A stretch of DNA of 39,963 nt from an uncultured Alphaproteobacteria bacterium (GTDB lineage Bacteria > Pseudomonadota > Alphaproteobacteria > GCA-002720895). The stretch spans positions 1-39,963 of the forward strand of contig CAYOOR010000112.1 in the NCBI GenBank assembly GCA_964405695.1. The letters are read 5' to 3'. Shown here one piece after another: positions 10,481 through 21,023 of this stretch; positions within the stretch are counted from its first letter, which is position 1; each line of letters begins with the position of its first letter. The translations under genes and the position numbers were made by a program. A model generated the notes under the pieces. That model saw nothing but the letters and a program-made list of their open reading frames with translations, ran no database searches and was not told where the DNA came from.

Positions 10481-12263
10481 CTAAAATTTTTAAAAAATGA
10501 TCAATACAAAGAAGATTAATAGTAAAAGTATCGTGACCTGAATTTTTTTTCATCAAAACTGTATTAAGATAACTCTTGATTTTTTTAATATCTAAAAAAT
10601 CTAATTTATCTAATCTATTTGAGGAGATTGTATCTTTAAGGTAATTATGCCAATCATTTTTTAATAAATAACTATATGGAAGACCCATTCTTTGAAACTT
10701 TTCCTCTAAATCTTGTTTATCACCTTTAAATTTATTTCTAAAATAATTTGTTAATTGAAAAAAAGTTTTTTGGTATTTTGAATATTTAATTGGTAAATTA
10801 GTATTGGCACTTTTTAAATTTGCTAAATTTTTATTAATTTTTTTTAATGCCAATCTTTGTATTTTTGAATCAAATCTATATTGCCATGGTAGAGATTGAT
10901 ATAAATCGTAAAGTTCATTATCAAATGCTGGTATTCTTGTTTCTATAATTGAATTAATTGAAATATTATCTGAAACACTATAATGTCTTCCCAAATTATT
11001 GAAGGTAAGATATTCATATAATTCAAAAACATTATTACTAAGTTTTTTTCCAATTTTTTCTATTTTTTTAAGTTCATAGAATACACTACTCATCATTTTC
11101 TTTTTTTGTCTATTTTTAATAAAATTTAAAACATTTTGGGATTTAGTTTTATAAGGAACATTTTTAATAAAAAAATTAACCAAATCCCCCTTTATTAACC
11201 TAGGTATAATAAAATTTAAATCATGATTCAGAAATTTTAATCTTTTCTTAGGCAAATACATTCCTTGGAAAAAAAAATCAAATCCATGACCGTGAATTCC
11301 AATATCAGCATATTTTTTCATTAATTTAGAAAAACCATAAAACATTGTTAAAGGAGGATACATTGAACTAGTCGAAAAAATACATTCTTCAAAATTTTTT
11401 TTATAATGATTTTCTGTATTTTTTATAAAAATATTTTTTACATTAACAATATTTGCAGCTTCTTTTGCAATTTTAACTTCTCTATTTATAAAACTATTAA
11501 AGGTAAGTGTACAAAAATTTGAATTATTTTTTTTAAGACAAGATAAAAGTAATCTTGTATCCATACCACCACTTAAAAAAAGGCCGTATTTTTTATTATC
11601 ACTTGTTCTTGTTTTTAAAGAATTTAGTAGAAGATCAATTAATAAATTAGCAGACTTATCAATTGAAAGATTAATTTTATTTTTAAAATTAGGTTCCCAA
11701 TAAATAATAATCTTTTTATTAAATCCATTTGTAATTAATTTTGATGCAGGGCCTAAAGATTTAGTATTTAATTCATAACTTTTGTTTCCAAATATTCTCC
11801 TGAAAAATAAATATTCAAAAAATGAATTCTTATTTAATTTAAATGCACTATTTTTTTTTAAATTTATAGATAGTTCACTGAAAGAAAGAGAGGCTAAAAA
11901 TCTTTTTTTATTTAAATAGTACCATAATGCTGGTGAGGTAAATCTAGAATTAATAATTTCTAAAACTTTTTTTGATTTATTAATAAAAAATATTAAAAAT
12001 TCACCGTTAATTTTTTTTAAAATATCAAAATTTTTATTTTGAAAAAAAAATTTTGCAAATTTAGCATTATTTAATTCACCATCAATAATTGGATTTCCTA
12101 AAATACAAAGTTTATTTCCATTTGAGTTAAAAAAAGAAATATTTATATTATTTTTTTTAAATTTTATAAATACTCTTTTATTTTTCTTTAATTCTCCCCA
12201 TTCAATACTATCTGGAATTGAAGATTTATTTGAAATTTCTAAAAAAAAACTTGGAATAGTCAT
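10470..12263 (-). CDS. Asparagine-synthase-like protein lacking the N-terminal Cys nucleophile
   Basis: 597 aa. It starts MTIPSFF with no Cys2, but keeps the PP-loop LFLSGGMDTRLL. Its ATG overlaps the upstream stop as TAATG. Confidence 0.7.
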   Translation of the reverse strand: MTIPSFFLEISNKSSIPDSIEWGELKKNKRVFIKFKKNNINISFFNSNGNKLCILGNPIIDGELNNAKFAKFFFQNKNFDILKKINGEFLIFFINKSKKVLEIINSRFTSPALWYYLNKKRFLASLSFSELSINLKKNSAFKLNKNSFFEYLFFRRIFGNKSYELNTKSLGPASKLITNGFNKKIIIYWEPNFKNKINLSIDKSANLLIDLLLNSLKTRTSDNKKYGLFLSGGMDTRLLLSCLKKNNSNFCTLTFNSFINREVKIAKEAANIVNVKNIFIKNTENHYKKNFEECIFSTSSMYPPLTMFYGFSKLMKKYADIGIHGHGFDFFFQGMYLPKKRLKFLNHDLNFIIPRLIKGDLVNFFIKNVPYKTKSQNVLNFIKNRQKKKMMSSVFYELKKIEKIGKKLSNNVFELYEYLTFNNLGRHYSVSDNISINSIIETRIPAFDNELYDLYQSLPWQYRFDSKIQRLALKKINKNLANLKSANTNLPIKYSKYQKTFFQLTNYFRNKFKGDKQDLEEKFQRMGLPYSYLLKNDWHNYLKDTISSNRLDKLDFLDIKKIKSYLNTVLMKKNSGHDTFTINLLCIDHFLKILDEN

Positions 12264-14035
12264 TAATGATTAACAAAATTATTTAATATATCTTTTCTTA
12301 TATTAATTTTACGCCAACTATATTCATTCTTAAGATTTAAAATTTTACTATTCTTTGTTAAGTAATTGTTTTCACTATTTTTTTTTGTATTTAATGAAAA
12401 ATATGACGCAGGGTAAACAAAACCTTTTTTATTCTTAGTAATTAATTTATCTGGTAAATATCGTTTAAGAACTTCTCTTAAAACATACTTTTGCCCAAAT
12501 TTATTTAAATTATTTAATTTTAATGAATTATATAAAGAAAAAAGTTTATGATTTAACAGAGGAGATCTTAATTCAATACTTTTATTCATTCCTCCTAAAT
12601 CAAAACACGCTAATCTGCTATCAGCCATTACACTTTCTATATCAAACTCACAAACTCTTTTATAAAAATTTTTATTATTAAATTTTTTAAAAGTTTTTGA
12701 GCACCAAACATCAAAACCCTTTAATGATAATAAATAAGTAAATATTGGTATATTTTTTAATGCTATATATAAATATTTATCATCAATACCAAATATATTT
12801 TTATATAAAAATCTTTTTTTTGAATTTAATAATGGATAAATCAAAATATAAATTAATTTTCTAATTTTTTCCGGTAATCCGTATAAAAATTTATATTTAT
12901 GTATAAATAACTGTTTTAAGTATCCTTGTGATATTTCATCTCCTCCCATCCCTGTAATTCCTACTTTAAAATTTAATTTTTGTGCTAAAGAACACATTTT
13001 TATTACTGAAATAATAGTTAAATTATCATTAGGTTGCCCGTAAAGTTTATTTAATAAATTACTATTAATTTTTTTTTTACTGAAATTTGAAGTGTAATGT
13101 GGAAGGTTTAAATATTTAGCAATCGCTTTAGCTTTATTAATCTCATTATATTGTTTTTCAAAAGAAACTGATATACAGGGAATTTTTATATTTAAATCTT
13201 TAGAAATAATTGAAGCTATAAGTGATGAGTCTACTCCACTTGATAAAAACAAACATCTTTTTGCATCTGATGTTATTCTCGATTTAACACTATCAATAAG
13301 AGTTTCTTGAAAATTATCAATAAACTTTTTATTAATTTCTTTTTTATTTAAATTATTTAAATTACTTTGCTTCCAATATTTAATTTTATTAACAATCTTT
13401 CCTTTATTAATTTTAATTAATGTTGATGGTTCTAACGAATAAATATTTTTATATCCTGTACTTGGACTAGGTATGTAACCTAATGATAAAAAAGCAGAAA
13501 CTTTTTTTTCATTTAAATTTTTTTCAAGTTTTGTAATTTTAATTAATGGTTGTATTTCTGATGAAATAAAAATTCCATTATCAACGATTGCATAAAATAA
13601 TTGTTTTTCACCAAATTTGTCTCTAGCAATCCAAATATTTTTACCATCCCAAATAATAAAGGAAAACATACCATCGATTTCGTTAAGACATGATGGGCCT
13701 TTATCCATCCATAAATTTAATAAAACTTCTGTATCGCTAGTAGAGAAAAATTTATATCCCTTTTTTTTTAAATTTTCTCTAATTTCTTTAAAATTATATA
13801 TTTCTCCATTATAAGATAAAACCGTATCTTTTTTTACCATTGGTTGTGAAGCTTTATTCGATAAATCAATTATTTTTAATCTTCTGTGACCTATATAAAT
13901 ACCTTTTTTCTTATTAATCCATTCTCCAGAACCATTGGGGCCTCTATGATATAAAAATTTAGTTCCATTTCTACCTAACAAAATATCTTTTTGTGATATT
14001 TTACTTTTTGAAATAAAAGAAAAAATTCCGCACAT
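12263..14035 (-). CDS. asnB: Asparagine synthase (glutamine-hydrolysing) family amidotransferase
   Basis: 590 aa. Motifs: MCGIFSF, HRGPNGSG, LFLSSGVDSS. Confidence 0.85.
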   Translation of the reverse strand: MCGIFSFISKSKISQKDILLGRNGTKFLYHRGPNGSGEWINKKKGIYIGHRRLKIIDLSNKASQPMVKKDTVLSYNGEIYNFKEIRENLKKKGYKFFSTSDTEVLLNLWMDKGPSCLNEIDGMFSFIIWDGKNIWIARDKFGEKQLFYAIVDNGIFISSEIQPLIKITKLEKNLNEKKVSAFLSLGYIPSPSTGYKNIYSLEPSTLIKINKGKIVNKIKYWKQSNLNNLNKKEINKKFIDNFQETLIDSVKSRITSDAKRCLFLSSGVDSSLIASIISKDLNIKIPCISVSFEKQYNEINKAKAIAKYLNLPHYTSNFSKKKINSNLLNKLYGQPNDNLTIISVIKMCSLAQKLNFKVGITGMGGDEISQGYLKQLFIHKYKFLYGLPEKIRKLIYILIYPLLNSKKRFLYKNIFGIDDKYLYIALKNIPIFTYLLSLKGFDVWCSKTFKKFNNKNFYKRVCEFDIESVMADSRLACFDLGGMNKSIELRSPLLNHKLFSLYNSLKLNNLNKFGQKYVLREVLKRYLPDKLITKNKKGFVYPASYFSLNTKKNSENNYLTKNSKILNLKNEYSWRKINIRKDILNNFVNH

Positions 14036-14064
14036 TATAAAATAATTTTTATATTAAAAGATTA

Positions 14065-15228
14065 TTAAAGAAAGCTTTTCTTGGCAGTTGGTAGATCACA
14101 ATATGTTAATATTTTTGAAATAGATTTGCCAGAATCGCCATTTCCATAAAGTGTATTTTTTTTATATTTACCATGTTTTATTTGGCGTTCAATAGCTTTT
14201 TCTATCTCAACTGAATTATAATCACAATCAATAACATTTTTACCTCTATCTCTTCCAGTTTGTCTAGTTCCTATATTTACAACTGGAACACCTAAATATG
14301 AAGATTCTCTGATACCAACACTAGAATTACCAATTAAACATAATGATTTCTTTATTAATGCAAGGAAATCTTCTGGAGGCATATTTTTTAAAAATTTTAT
14401 TTTTAAATTATTATTATTTTCTCTAAAACTTCTTATTGCTTTACTTGCTTCATCAACGCCTGCATCAACATTTGGCCAAAACCAAAAAACTGGTATATTT
14501 ATTTTTTTTATCGCATTTAAAGTTACTCTTATTTGTTTTGCTGTATTTTTCCATTCATATGTTACAGGATGTTGCATAACAACTAAAAAATCACTAGATA
14601 TATCAATATTTTTTCCAACACCCTTATTAATAAAATTTTTATTAACATCCTTCTTCGATTTTATTATTTCTTGAACTAAATCAATAGATGGACATCCAGA
14701 AATAAAAACTTTTTTTGGATCTTCGCCTAATTTTAATAAACGCTTAGCAGCAATCTTATTTGATGCAAAATGTAAATCTGATAATTTTGTTACAGCATGT
14801 CTTACTTTTTCATCAATGGATCCTGTTATTTCTCCTCCTTGAATGTGGCCAACGGGAATATTTGTATAAGATGCACTTATGGCCGTTGCAATTGTTTCAT
14901 ATCTATCAGCAACAGTTAAAACAATATCAGGATTAATTCTATCAAATAAAGATGAAAGCTCGATAATACTTAAACCTGTTGATTTGGCACTTGTTAGCAA
15001 ATTACCGCCTTCAACCAACATATGAACTTTGTAATTAACTTTAAATCCATCTTTATTAATAACATCAATTAAATTTCCATATCTATCTAATAAAGAGGAA
15101 GCGGTTAAAATTAATATTAATTCTAATTTTTTATTTTTTTTAATTTCTTTTAAAACACTCTTTACTCTTGCATAAGATGGTCTCGCAGATATAACTATAC
15201 AAATTTTTCGTCTTGTTTTTTTTTTCAT
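14065..15228 (-). CDS. neuC: UDP-N-acetylglucosamine 2-epimerase (hydrolysing), NeuC-like, copy 2
   Basis: 387 aa. Motif region: ADRYETIATAISASYTNIPVGHIQGGEITGSIDEKVRHAVTKLSDLHF. Confidence 0.8.
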   Translation of the reverse strand: MKKKTRRKICIVISARPSYARVKSVLKEIKKNKKLELILILTASSLLDRYGNLIDVINKDGFKVNYKVHMLVEGGNLLTSAKSTGLSIIELSSLFDRINPDIVLTVADRYETIATAISASYTNIPVGHIQGGEITGSIDEKVRHAVTKLSDLHFASNKIAAKRLLKLGEDPKKVFISGCPSIDLVQEIIKSKKDVNKNFINKGVGKNIDISSDFLVVMQHPVTYEWKNTAKQIRVTLNAIKKINIPVFWFWPNVDAGVDEASKAIRSFRENNNNLKIKFLKNMPPEDFLALIKKSLCLIGNSSVGIRESSYLGVPVVNIGTRQTGRDRGKNVIDCDYNSVEIEKAIERQIKHGKYKKNTLYGNGDSGKSISKILTYCDLPTAKKSFL

Positions 15229-15255
15229 TTTAATAAAAATTCCTCAATAAACTAT

Positions 15256-16691
15256 TTAATCATTATATTTAATTGTTTTATTTATTTCTTTATATATACG
15301 ATCTTTTGTTTTTCCATCAAAAAAGCCATAAACATCGTATATTAATTCTTTTGGGCAAATTTGTTTTGGTAACTTTCCTTTAATACCATCATTCATTGCT
15401 TTTATAAGTTTGTCGGTAGATTTTGCAATATAAAAAGCTTTATTAAAATATTTTTTAAAATTAACATGCTCTTTAAAATACTTATTTTTTGCTTCAGCAA
15501 AAATAGGTACGATAACATTTTTATTCATTAATTTTGATTCAATTAAACTTGTGGAATTAATACCAACAATAACTGCTGATTCCTTTATCAATTCCTCTGA
15601 ACTTTTATCTATAGATATATGTAAATTTGGAATTTTTTTTGCATCTAGTCCTCCTCTTTTTATTGCAGTATAAATTCTTTCACTCCAATGTTGCATAAAT
15701 TTTGGTTTAATCCAAACTTCAATATCTGGGTTTTCATAAGCAAATTTTGCCATTGTATAATGAACTAAATCAAAATATTTATAAAATCCTTCATTGGGAT
15801 TATCACAAAAAAAATAACGATTATAATTTATTCCTGAAACTATTAAACCAGTACAGTGAGTAAATGAAAATAATGTTATTTGCTTTTTTTGTATTTTCGA
15901 AATGTATTTATTTCTATAATATTGATCAGTTCTTAATGCGCCAGATACAACAATTTTCTCCTTTGAAGTTATGTTTGAACTTAAAAAAAGTTTTTTGGCA
16001 TTTCCCCCATGAACAATTAGTTTTGTTCCTCTAAATTTATAATCTAAACCTATATAACGTTTCTTTGTTACTTCTGATGTATCAGGATCATGCAGACATT
16101 CTTTATGTAATGCAATAAAAGGTAATTTTATTTTAGAAGATGCTATTGACCAATCTTGATCATGTGGATAAAAAAAAGCACAAGTAATTAACGCATCAAT
16201 TTTTTGATTTTTAATCAATTTTTTTAAAAAAATTTCTAAAAAACTTTGTAATTTTTTTCTTAATTTTAGAATTAATTTTATCTCATTCTCTTTTAATTTT
16301 CTTTCTTTAAGAACTTTTTCACTAGAAGCAAAAGAAACTTTATATCCAACTCCTTTATTATAATTTTCCCAATTAATTTTTGTAACTGGCGCTATCCATA
16401 ACATATTAATAAGTGGTTGAATATTTGGATTAAAATCTAATAGTTGAATATTTTTGTGTTTTGATAATTCATTTAAATCATTTTTGTAACGGTCACTATG
16501 TAGAACTAGAATTCTAATAGTTTTTTTTTTTTCATATTATTTATAATTTTTAATTGTCTGCCAAACCAATAAACTAAAAAAGGTAAAAATATTCTTTGCC
16601 TAACAAATATTCTTAAAAAATTTATTAATTTTTTTTTTAATTGTGATTTATTTTTTGTTTGTAAGAATTTATAAATAAATTTAAAACTCAT
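15256..16691 (-). pseudogene. Uncharacterised GT-B-like surface-carbohydrate biosynthesis gene, split by a frameshift at an A12 tract
   Basis: The ATG at 16691 overlaps the hisH-like stop (TAATG). That frame runs MSFKF...IINNMKKKK and then stops at 16508-16506. The long frame (382-aa ORF 15256-16404) is open upstream as far as 16536, reading EKKKTIRILVLHSDRYKNDL... A tract of A13 or A10 would join the two frames. Confidence 0.5.
16521..16532 (-). repeat. Homopolymer A12 on the coding strand (T12 on +) at the frameshift point
   Basis: Counted directly: tttttttttttt at 16521-16532. Confidence 0.9.
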
Positions 16692-17278
16692 TAGCTTAAC
16701 ACAAATTTTTTTAAAAATTTTACTCCAGCAATACTACTTTTTTCCGGATGAAATTGACTCGCTATAATATTTTCTTTTCTAAATGCTCCTATATATGCTT
16801 CATTATTAAAATAATAATATGATAAATTAGTAATATTTAAATTTTTTTTTAAACCGTAATTATTCACATAATAATATGAGTTATTTAAATCTTTTTTTTT
16901 ATTAAATATAGTTTGATACCAACCTAAGTGTGGCCTTCTTTCTTTTCCTTTTTTTAATTTTATAATTTTTCCTTTAATCAATGATAACCCTCTAACATTC
17001 TTAGATTCTTCACTTTGATCAAATAAAACTTGAAAACCAGCACAGATTCCAAAAATAAGTTTTTTTTTATCATTTCTTTCTTTAATAGTTTTTATAATGT
17101 CTTTATCAAAAGAATTCATAAATCCACTAAATGATGCAGCACCTGGAATTACAAGTAAATCACAAGTAATTATTTTTTTTTTATCATTTGTCAATTCAAC
17201 ATTATATTTTTGCTCTTCAAAAAAAGTAAAAATTGATTTAAAGTTACCAACCTGTGATTTTAATATTACAATTTTCAT
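16691..17278 (-). CDS. HisH-like glutamine amidotransferase subunit (glycan-cluster paralog)
   Basis: 195 aa. Motifs: LVIPGAASF, FGICAGFQVLF, FHPEKS. Confidence 0.85.
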   Translation of the reverse strand: MKIVILKSQVGNFKSIFTFFEEQKYNVELTNDKKKIITCDLLVIPGAASFSGFMNSFDKDIIKTIKERNDKKKLIFGICAGFQVLFDQSEESKNVRGLSLIKGKIIKLKKGKERRPHLGWYQTIFNKKKDLNNSYYYVNNYGLKKNLNITNLSYYYFNNEAYIGAFRKENIIASQFHPEKSSIAGVKFLKKFVLS

Positions 17279-18108
17279 CTTGTTGATATTCTTGGAAATT
17301 TCTTTAATATTTTTTTTGGGTTAAATTTTGTTGATATATTCATGTTATTTTCTATATTTTCTATAGTTCTAAAATCTAAATAATTTTGTTTTCCTTTATT
17401 TTGTTTAAGAAATTGATAATGAAGTGATGAAGCAATAACAATTCCACTAATATTTTCAGATAAATTTATAATATTTTTTAAATCTTTTTCTGAACTAACT
17501 CCTCCTGAATATAAAAATGTTTGATTTTTTCTTTTAGATAGAATTTTAATTAAATCTAAATCAATACCATTACACCTACCATCATGTTCTATTGAATTGA
17601 TCAAAATTTCACCATCAAAAATTGTTTGTAAATAATCTAACCATTGTTTTAAGTTTTCATTAGCTAGATTTCTAGAAGATTCAGTAAAACATCTATATTC
17701 ATCATCTAAAATTTTTGTATAAACAGAAATAATTATATTTGCAGAACCAATCTTATTTATTAAATCTTTTAAGATATTTTTGTTTTTAAATATTGCAGAA
17801 TTTATAATAATTCTATCAGCACCTTGGTTAAGAGCAGTAGTAGAACTTTTTATATCTTTTAAACCACCTCCGTATGCTAAAGGAATTCTTAAATTTTTAG
17901 CAGTATCGTCTATTAATTTAAATGCTGATGGCGTACCAAATAAACTCGATACACAATCAATAACAATTATTTCATCAAAATTTTTTTCACTATAATTTTT
18001 AATAAATTTACTTGCAGGACCTAAAATTCTCAAACCTTCATGGTTTATACCTTTAACTAAATTATCATTTTTAACTTCTAGCTTTGGGATTATTCTTATA
18101 TTTCGCAT
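17275..18108 (-). CDS. HisF-like cyclase subunit (glycan-cluster paralog)
   Basis: 277 aa. RIIPKLEVKNDNLVKG parallels the HisF motif RIIPCLDV..G.VVKG. It is coupled to its neighbours by ATGA and TAATG overlaps. Confidence 0.85.
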   Translation of the reverse strand: MRNIRIIPKLEVKNDNLVKGINHEGLRILGPASKFIKNYSEKNFDEIIVIDCVSSLFGTPSAFKLIDDTAKNLRIPLAYGGGLKDIKSSTTALNQGADRIIINSAIFKNKNILKDLINKIGSANIIISVYTKILDDEYRCFTESSRNLANENLKQWLDYLQTIFDGEILINSIEHDGRCNGIDLDLIKILSKRKNQTFLYSGGVSSEKDLKNIINLSENISGIVIASSLHYQFLKQNKGKQNYLDFRTIENIENNMNISTKFNPKKILKKFPRISTR

Positions 18109-19295
18109 TAATTTAAATTTTCTTTAACTTTGTTAATCCATTTATTTTTATTATTTTTATACCAAATATTTTTAGGTCTATTAGTGTCTATAATTTTCCA
18201 ATAATTTTTTTCTGTTAAACCAATATAATCTAAAAAAAATTTAAAATTTTTTTTGGGAAACTCTTCATCATATTTTTTTATTAATTGGATAGCTTCATCT
18301 CTAGTTATATATCCATCCCTTATATCTCTACATGCATCATTCATAGTTCTTCCTTGTCCAAATTTTATCAACATTGTAAAGTAATATTGCCCATCTATTT
18401 TATCATCTAAACTAGAAAACTTTGTGTAAGTTCCTTCACTTCTTCCTAATGGATTGCTATTAAAATTACTAAATTTTTTAGAATAAAAATAATTTTGTTG
18501 AGGTGACCAATTCTCAAAATTACTGAAAAAAAATGTTTTAATTTTATTCTTTTTTACATCTTTTAAATTCATTGGCATATACAAAAATAAATCTTTAATA
18601 TTTATTTTTTCTTTCTTTAATTCATTTAAAGTTAATCCTGCTAACTTTATATCTTTCTTTTTTCCATTAAATGCATAATGTTCTGGAGGCATTTCAAAGT
18701 TATCAAATGAATCTAAATTCGAAGGATGAACCTCTAAAGGAGATTCCCCGTACATTACCAATTTTACATTGTACATTTTTGCAAATTTTGGTCCTATATT
18801 TTTTTGACCAATAACAAATGGTTGAAATGGATTACACAAATTCTTAAAGGATAAACGAGTTAAAATTTTTTTTACTTTTGGATTTGGATTTACAACTATA
18901 TTGTCTAAACCTGAGTTTATCCATTCTTGATGATTTATTTTACCTATATCAGTATAGACTATTGGTGCCCATGTGACAGTTAAAGGATTCATTGAATATT
19001 TATATTTTAATTTATGCGCAACAGCAAAACTATCTTTACCACCACTTCCTGGAACTATAACATCATAGCCTCCATCTTTTTTTTTATATTTTTTTAATAT
19101 ACTTATTAATTTTTTTTCTCTTTTTTTCCAATTAATTTTTCTTTTATATTCTGCATATTTACAAGCAAAACAAACTCCGTCATTATCAAATCTTGTAGAT
19201 TCATGATAGGATTTTTTTTTAAGGAATTCAGGAGTACTAACTGGTCTAGTATTTGCCATAACACATTTTTTACAAATAATAATTTTTTTTTCCAT
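18108..19295 (-). CDS. N-acetyl sugar amidotransferase (WbpG/PseA family), copy 1
   Basis: 395 aa. It has a CKKCVM...CFAC zinc-ribbon-like N-terminus and the PP-loop VIVPGSGGKDS. Confidence 0.8.
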   Translation of the reverse strand: MEKKIIICKKCVMANTRPVSTPEFLKKKSYHESTRFDNDGVCFACKYAEYKRKINWKKREKKLISILKKYKKKDGGYDVIVPGSGGKDSFAVAHKLKYKYSMNPLTVTWAPIVYTDIGKINHQEWINSGLDNIVVNPNPKVKKILTRLSFKNLCNPFQPFVIGQKNIGPKFAKMYNVKLVMYGESPLEVHPSNLDSFDNFEMPPEHYAFNGKKKDIKLAGLTLNELKKEKINIKDLFLYMPMNLKDVKKNKIKTFFFSNFENWSPQQNYFYSKKFSNFNSNPLGRSEGTYTKFSSLDDKIDGQYYFTMLIKFGQGRTMNDACRDIRDGYITRDEAIQLIKKYDEEFPKKNFKFFLDYIGLTEKNYWKIIDTNRPKNIWYKNNKNKWINKVKENLN

Positions 19296-19299
19296 TTAA

Positions 19300-20283
19300 T
19301 TAATCAAAATTATTTACTTCATCCCAATTGTAAATATATCTTTTAACTTTGTTTTTATATAAAACACTGGCAAATCGACCTCTGTAATAATCTCTATTTA
19401 AAATTTCAATATTAGTTAATTTTCTATTTTTTTTTCCTAGAATCTTATTTTTAAAATTTGTCGATAATTTAGACAAAATTATTTTTTGATCACTTCTAGA
19501 TAGATTTGAAAATTTGCTTATTTCATTTAATTGTTGCGGATTCATAGATACAATTCCATCACGAGTTTCTTCTGACTCTAATATTGTAAAATGTTTTTCA
19601 ATTATTTTAGCACCTAAATAAATAGCATATTTAATTGCTATTAAATTTTTATCTAAAGCTGCAGTATGGTCTGAGTAACCAAAACTTTTAGTAAATTTTT
19701 TTAAAAAATTTAATCTATTTAAATTCACATCCTTAATTGGAGTTGGATAAATGCTAACACAATGTAAAAAAGAGAATTTCTTTTTTTTTAATATTGAAGC
19801 TGCTTTTTTTATTTCATTATCATATGTTCCACCAGTAGATACAATAATATTGTTAAAATTATTTACTAAATCTCTTAATAATTGAAAAGATGCGCAATCT
19901 ATACTTGCAACTTTAATAAGTTTAAAATTTAATTCTTTTAATAATCTTATTTGTGATCTTGTAAAACAAGTAATTAAAGGAACAACATTATAACTTTCAC
20001 ATTTTTTTTTAAAATTTTCAATTTGTTTAATATTTAATTCTAGTTTTTTTAATCTTTTATATTCATCTTTATAAGGTCTTTTAATAGAATGAACTTTTTT
20101 ATTTATTTTTATACCAGATTCAAATTTTGGCCTAAAAGTTAGTTCATTTGCAAAAATATTTTGAATTTTTAAATGTGTTGCTCCATGTTCAACTGCTTTA
20201 TCAATCATTTCAGATAAAATAGCTGAATTTCCGTTATGATTCTGACAAAATTCAGCAATAATTGAAATTTTATTTTTTTTCAT
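19300..20283 (-). CDS. NeuB-family nonulosonic acid synthase, divergent copy
   Basis: Motifs: IIAEFCQNHNGN...HGATHLKIQ and GYSDHT. ATG at 20283 is preferred; the ORF track starts it at GTG 20298. Confidence 0.7.
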   Translation of the reverse strand: MKKNKISIIAEFCQNHNGNSAILSEMIDKAVEHGATHLKIQNIFANELTFRPKFESGIKINKKVHSIKRPYKDEYKRLKKLELNIKQIENFKKKCESYNVVPLITCFTRSQIRLLKELNFKLIKVASIDCASFQLLRDLVNNFNNIIVSTGGTYDNEIKKAASILKKKKFSFLHCVSIYPTPIKDVNLNRLNFLKKFTKSFGYSDHTAALDKNLIAIKYAIYLGAKIIEKHFTILESEETRDGIVSMNPQQLNEISKFSNLSRSDQKIILSKLSTNFKNKILGKKNRKLTNIEILNRDYYRGRFASVLYKNKVKRYIYNWDEVNNFD

Positions 20284-20986
20284 TAAGAATAAACTCACAA
20301 TATTTAAAATCTATTTCATTATCAATATCAACTGAATTTTTAGCATTCATGAAATAGGGAATTACTTTTTTACCATATACCAAATTATTCTTATTTTTAA
20401 AAATTACATTTCTTTTTGTTAAATAAATTGAACCATTAGTTTTATAAATATTTGATTTAACATCTTGTCTTCTAAAAAATTTATTATTTAACAAATAAGG
20501 TTTTAAATAATTTTTTTTTAATATTCTTAAAAAAACTGGATGAGATTTAATTACCTTTTTTACAGATACAACTGAATCACAAATATTATTTTTCATAATA
20601 TTAATTACTTTTTTTATATCAAGTGCATTTCGAAGGGGTGAAGTTGGTTGTAAAATTATAATCCAATCAATATGAACTTTGTCTTTTTTTTCAATAAAAT
20701 CAATACAGTGTTTTATAACAGGTAATGTAGGAGTAGTGTCTTTAGATATAATTTTTGGTCTTATAAAAGGAACTTCTGCTCCTAGTTTTTTTGATAATTT
20801 TGCTATTTTTTTACTATCTGTGCTTACAACTATTTTATAAAATAGTTTTTTTAATTTTAGCGCTTCATTTATAGAATAAAAAATCAATGGCTTTTTATTT
20901 AAAAGTTTAATATTTTTGTCTTTAATTGTTTTTGAGCTACCTCGTGCAGGTATTATTGCCAGAATTTTTAAATCTTTTTTTATCAT
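20270..20986 (-). CDS. neuA: Acylneuraminate cytidylyltransferase (CMP-nonulosonic acid synthetase, NeuA/LegF-like)
   Basis: 238 aa. Motif: LAIIPARGSSKTIKDKNIKLLNKKPLI. Confidence 0.8.
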   Translation of the reverse strand: MIKKDLKILAIIPARGSSKTIKDKNIKLLNKKPLIFYSINEALKLKKLFYKIVVSTDSKKIAKLSKKLGAEVPFIRPKIISKDTTPTLPVIKHCIDFIEKKDKVHIDWIIILQPTSPLRNALDIKKVINIMKNNICDSVVSVKKVIKSHPVFLRILKKNYLKPYLLNNKFFRRQDVKSNIYKTNGSIYLTKRNVIFKNKNNLVYGKKVIPYFMNAKNSVDIDNEIDFKYCEFILNEKK

Positions 20987-21023
20987 TTTTTATTAAAAAT
21001 TTAATTAAGAATAAATATTTGAA

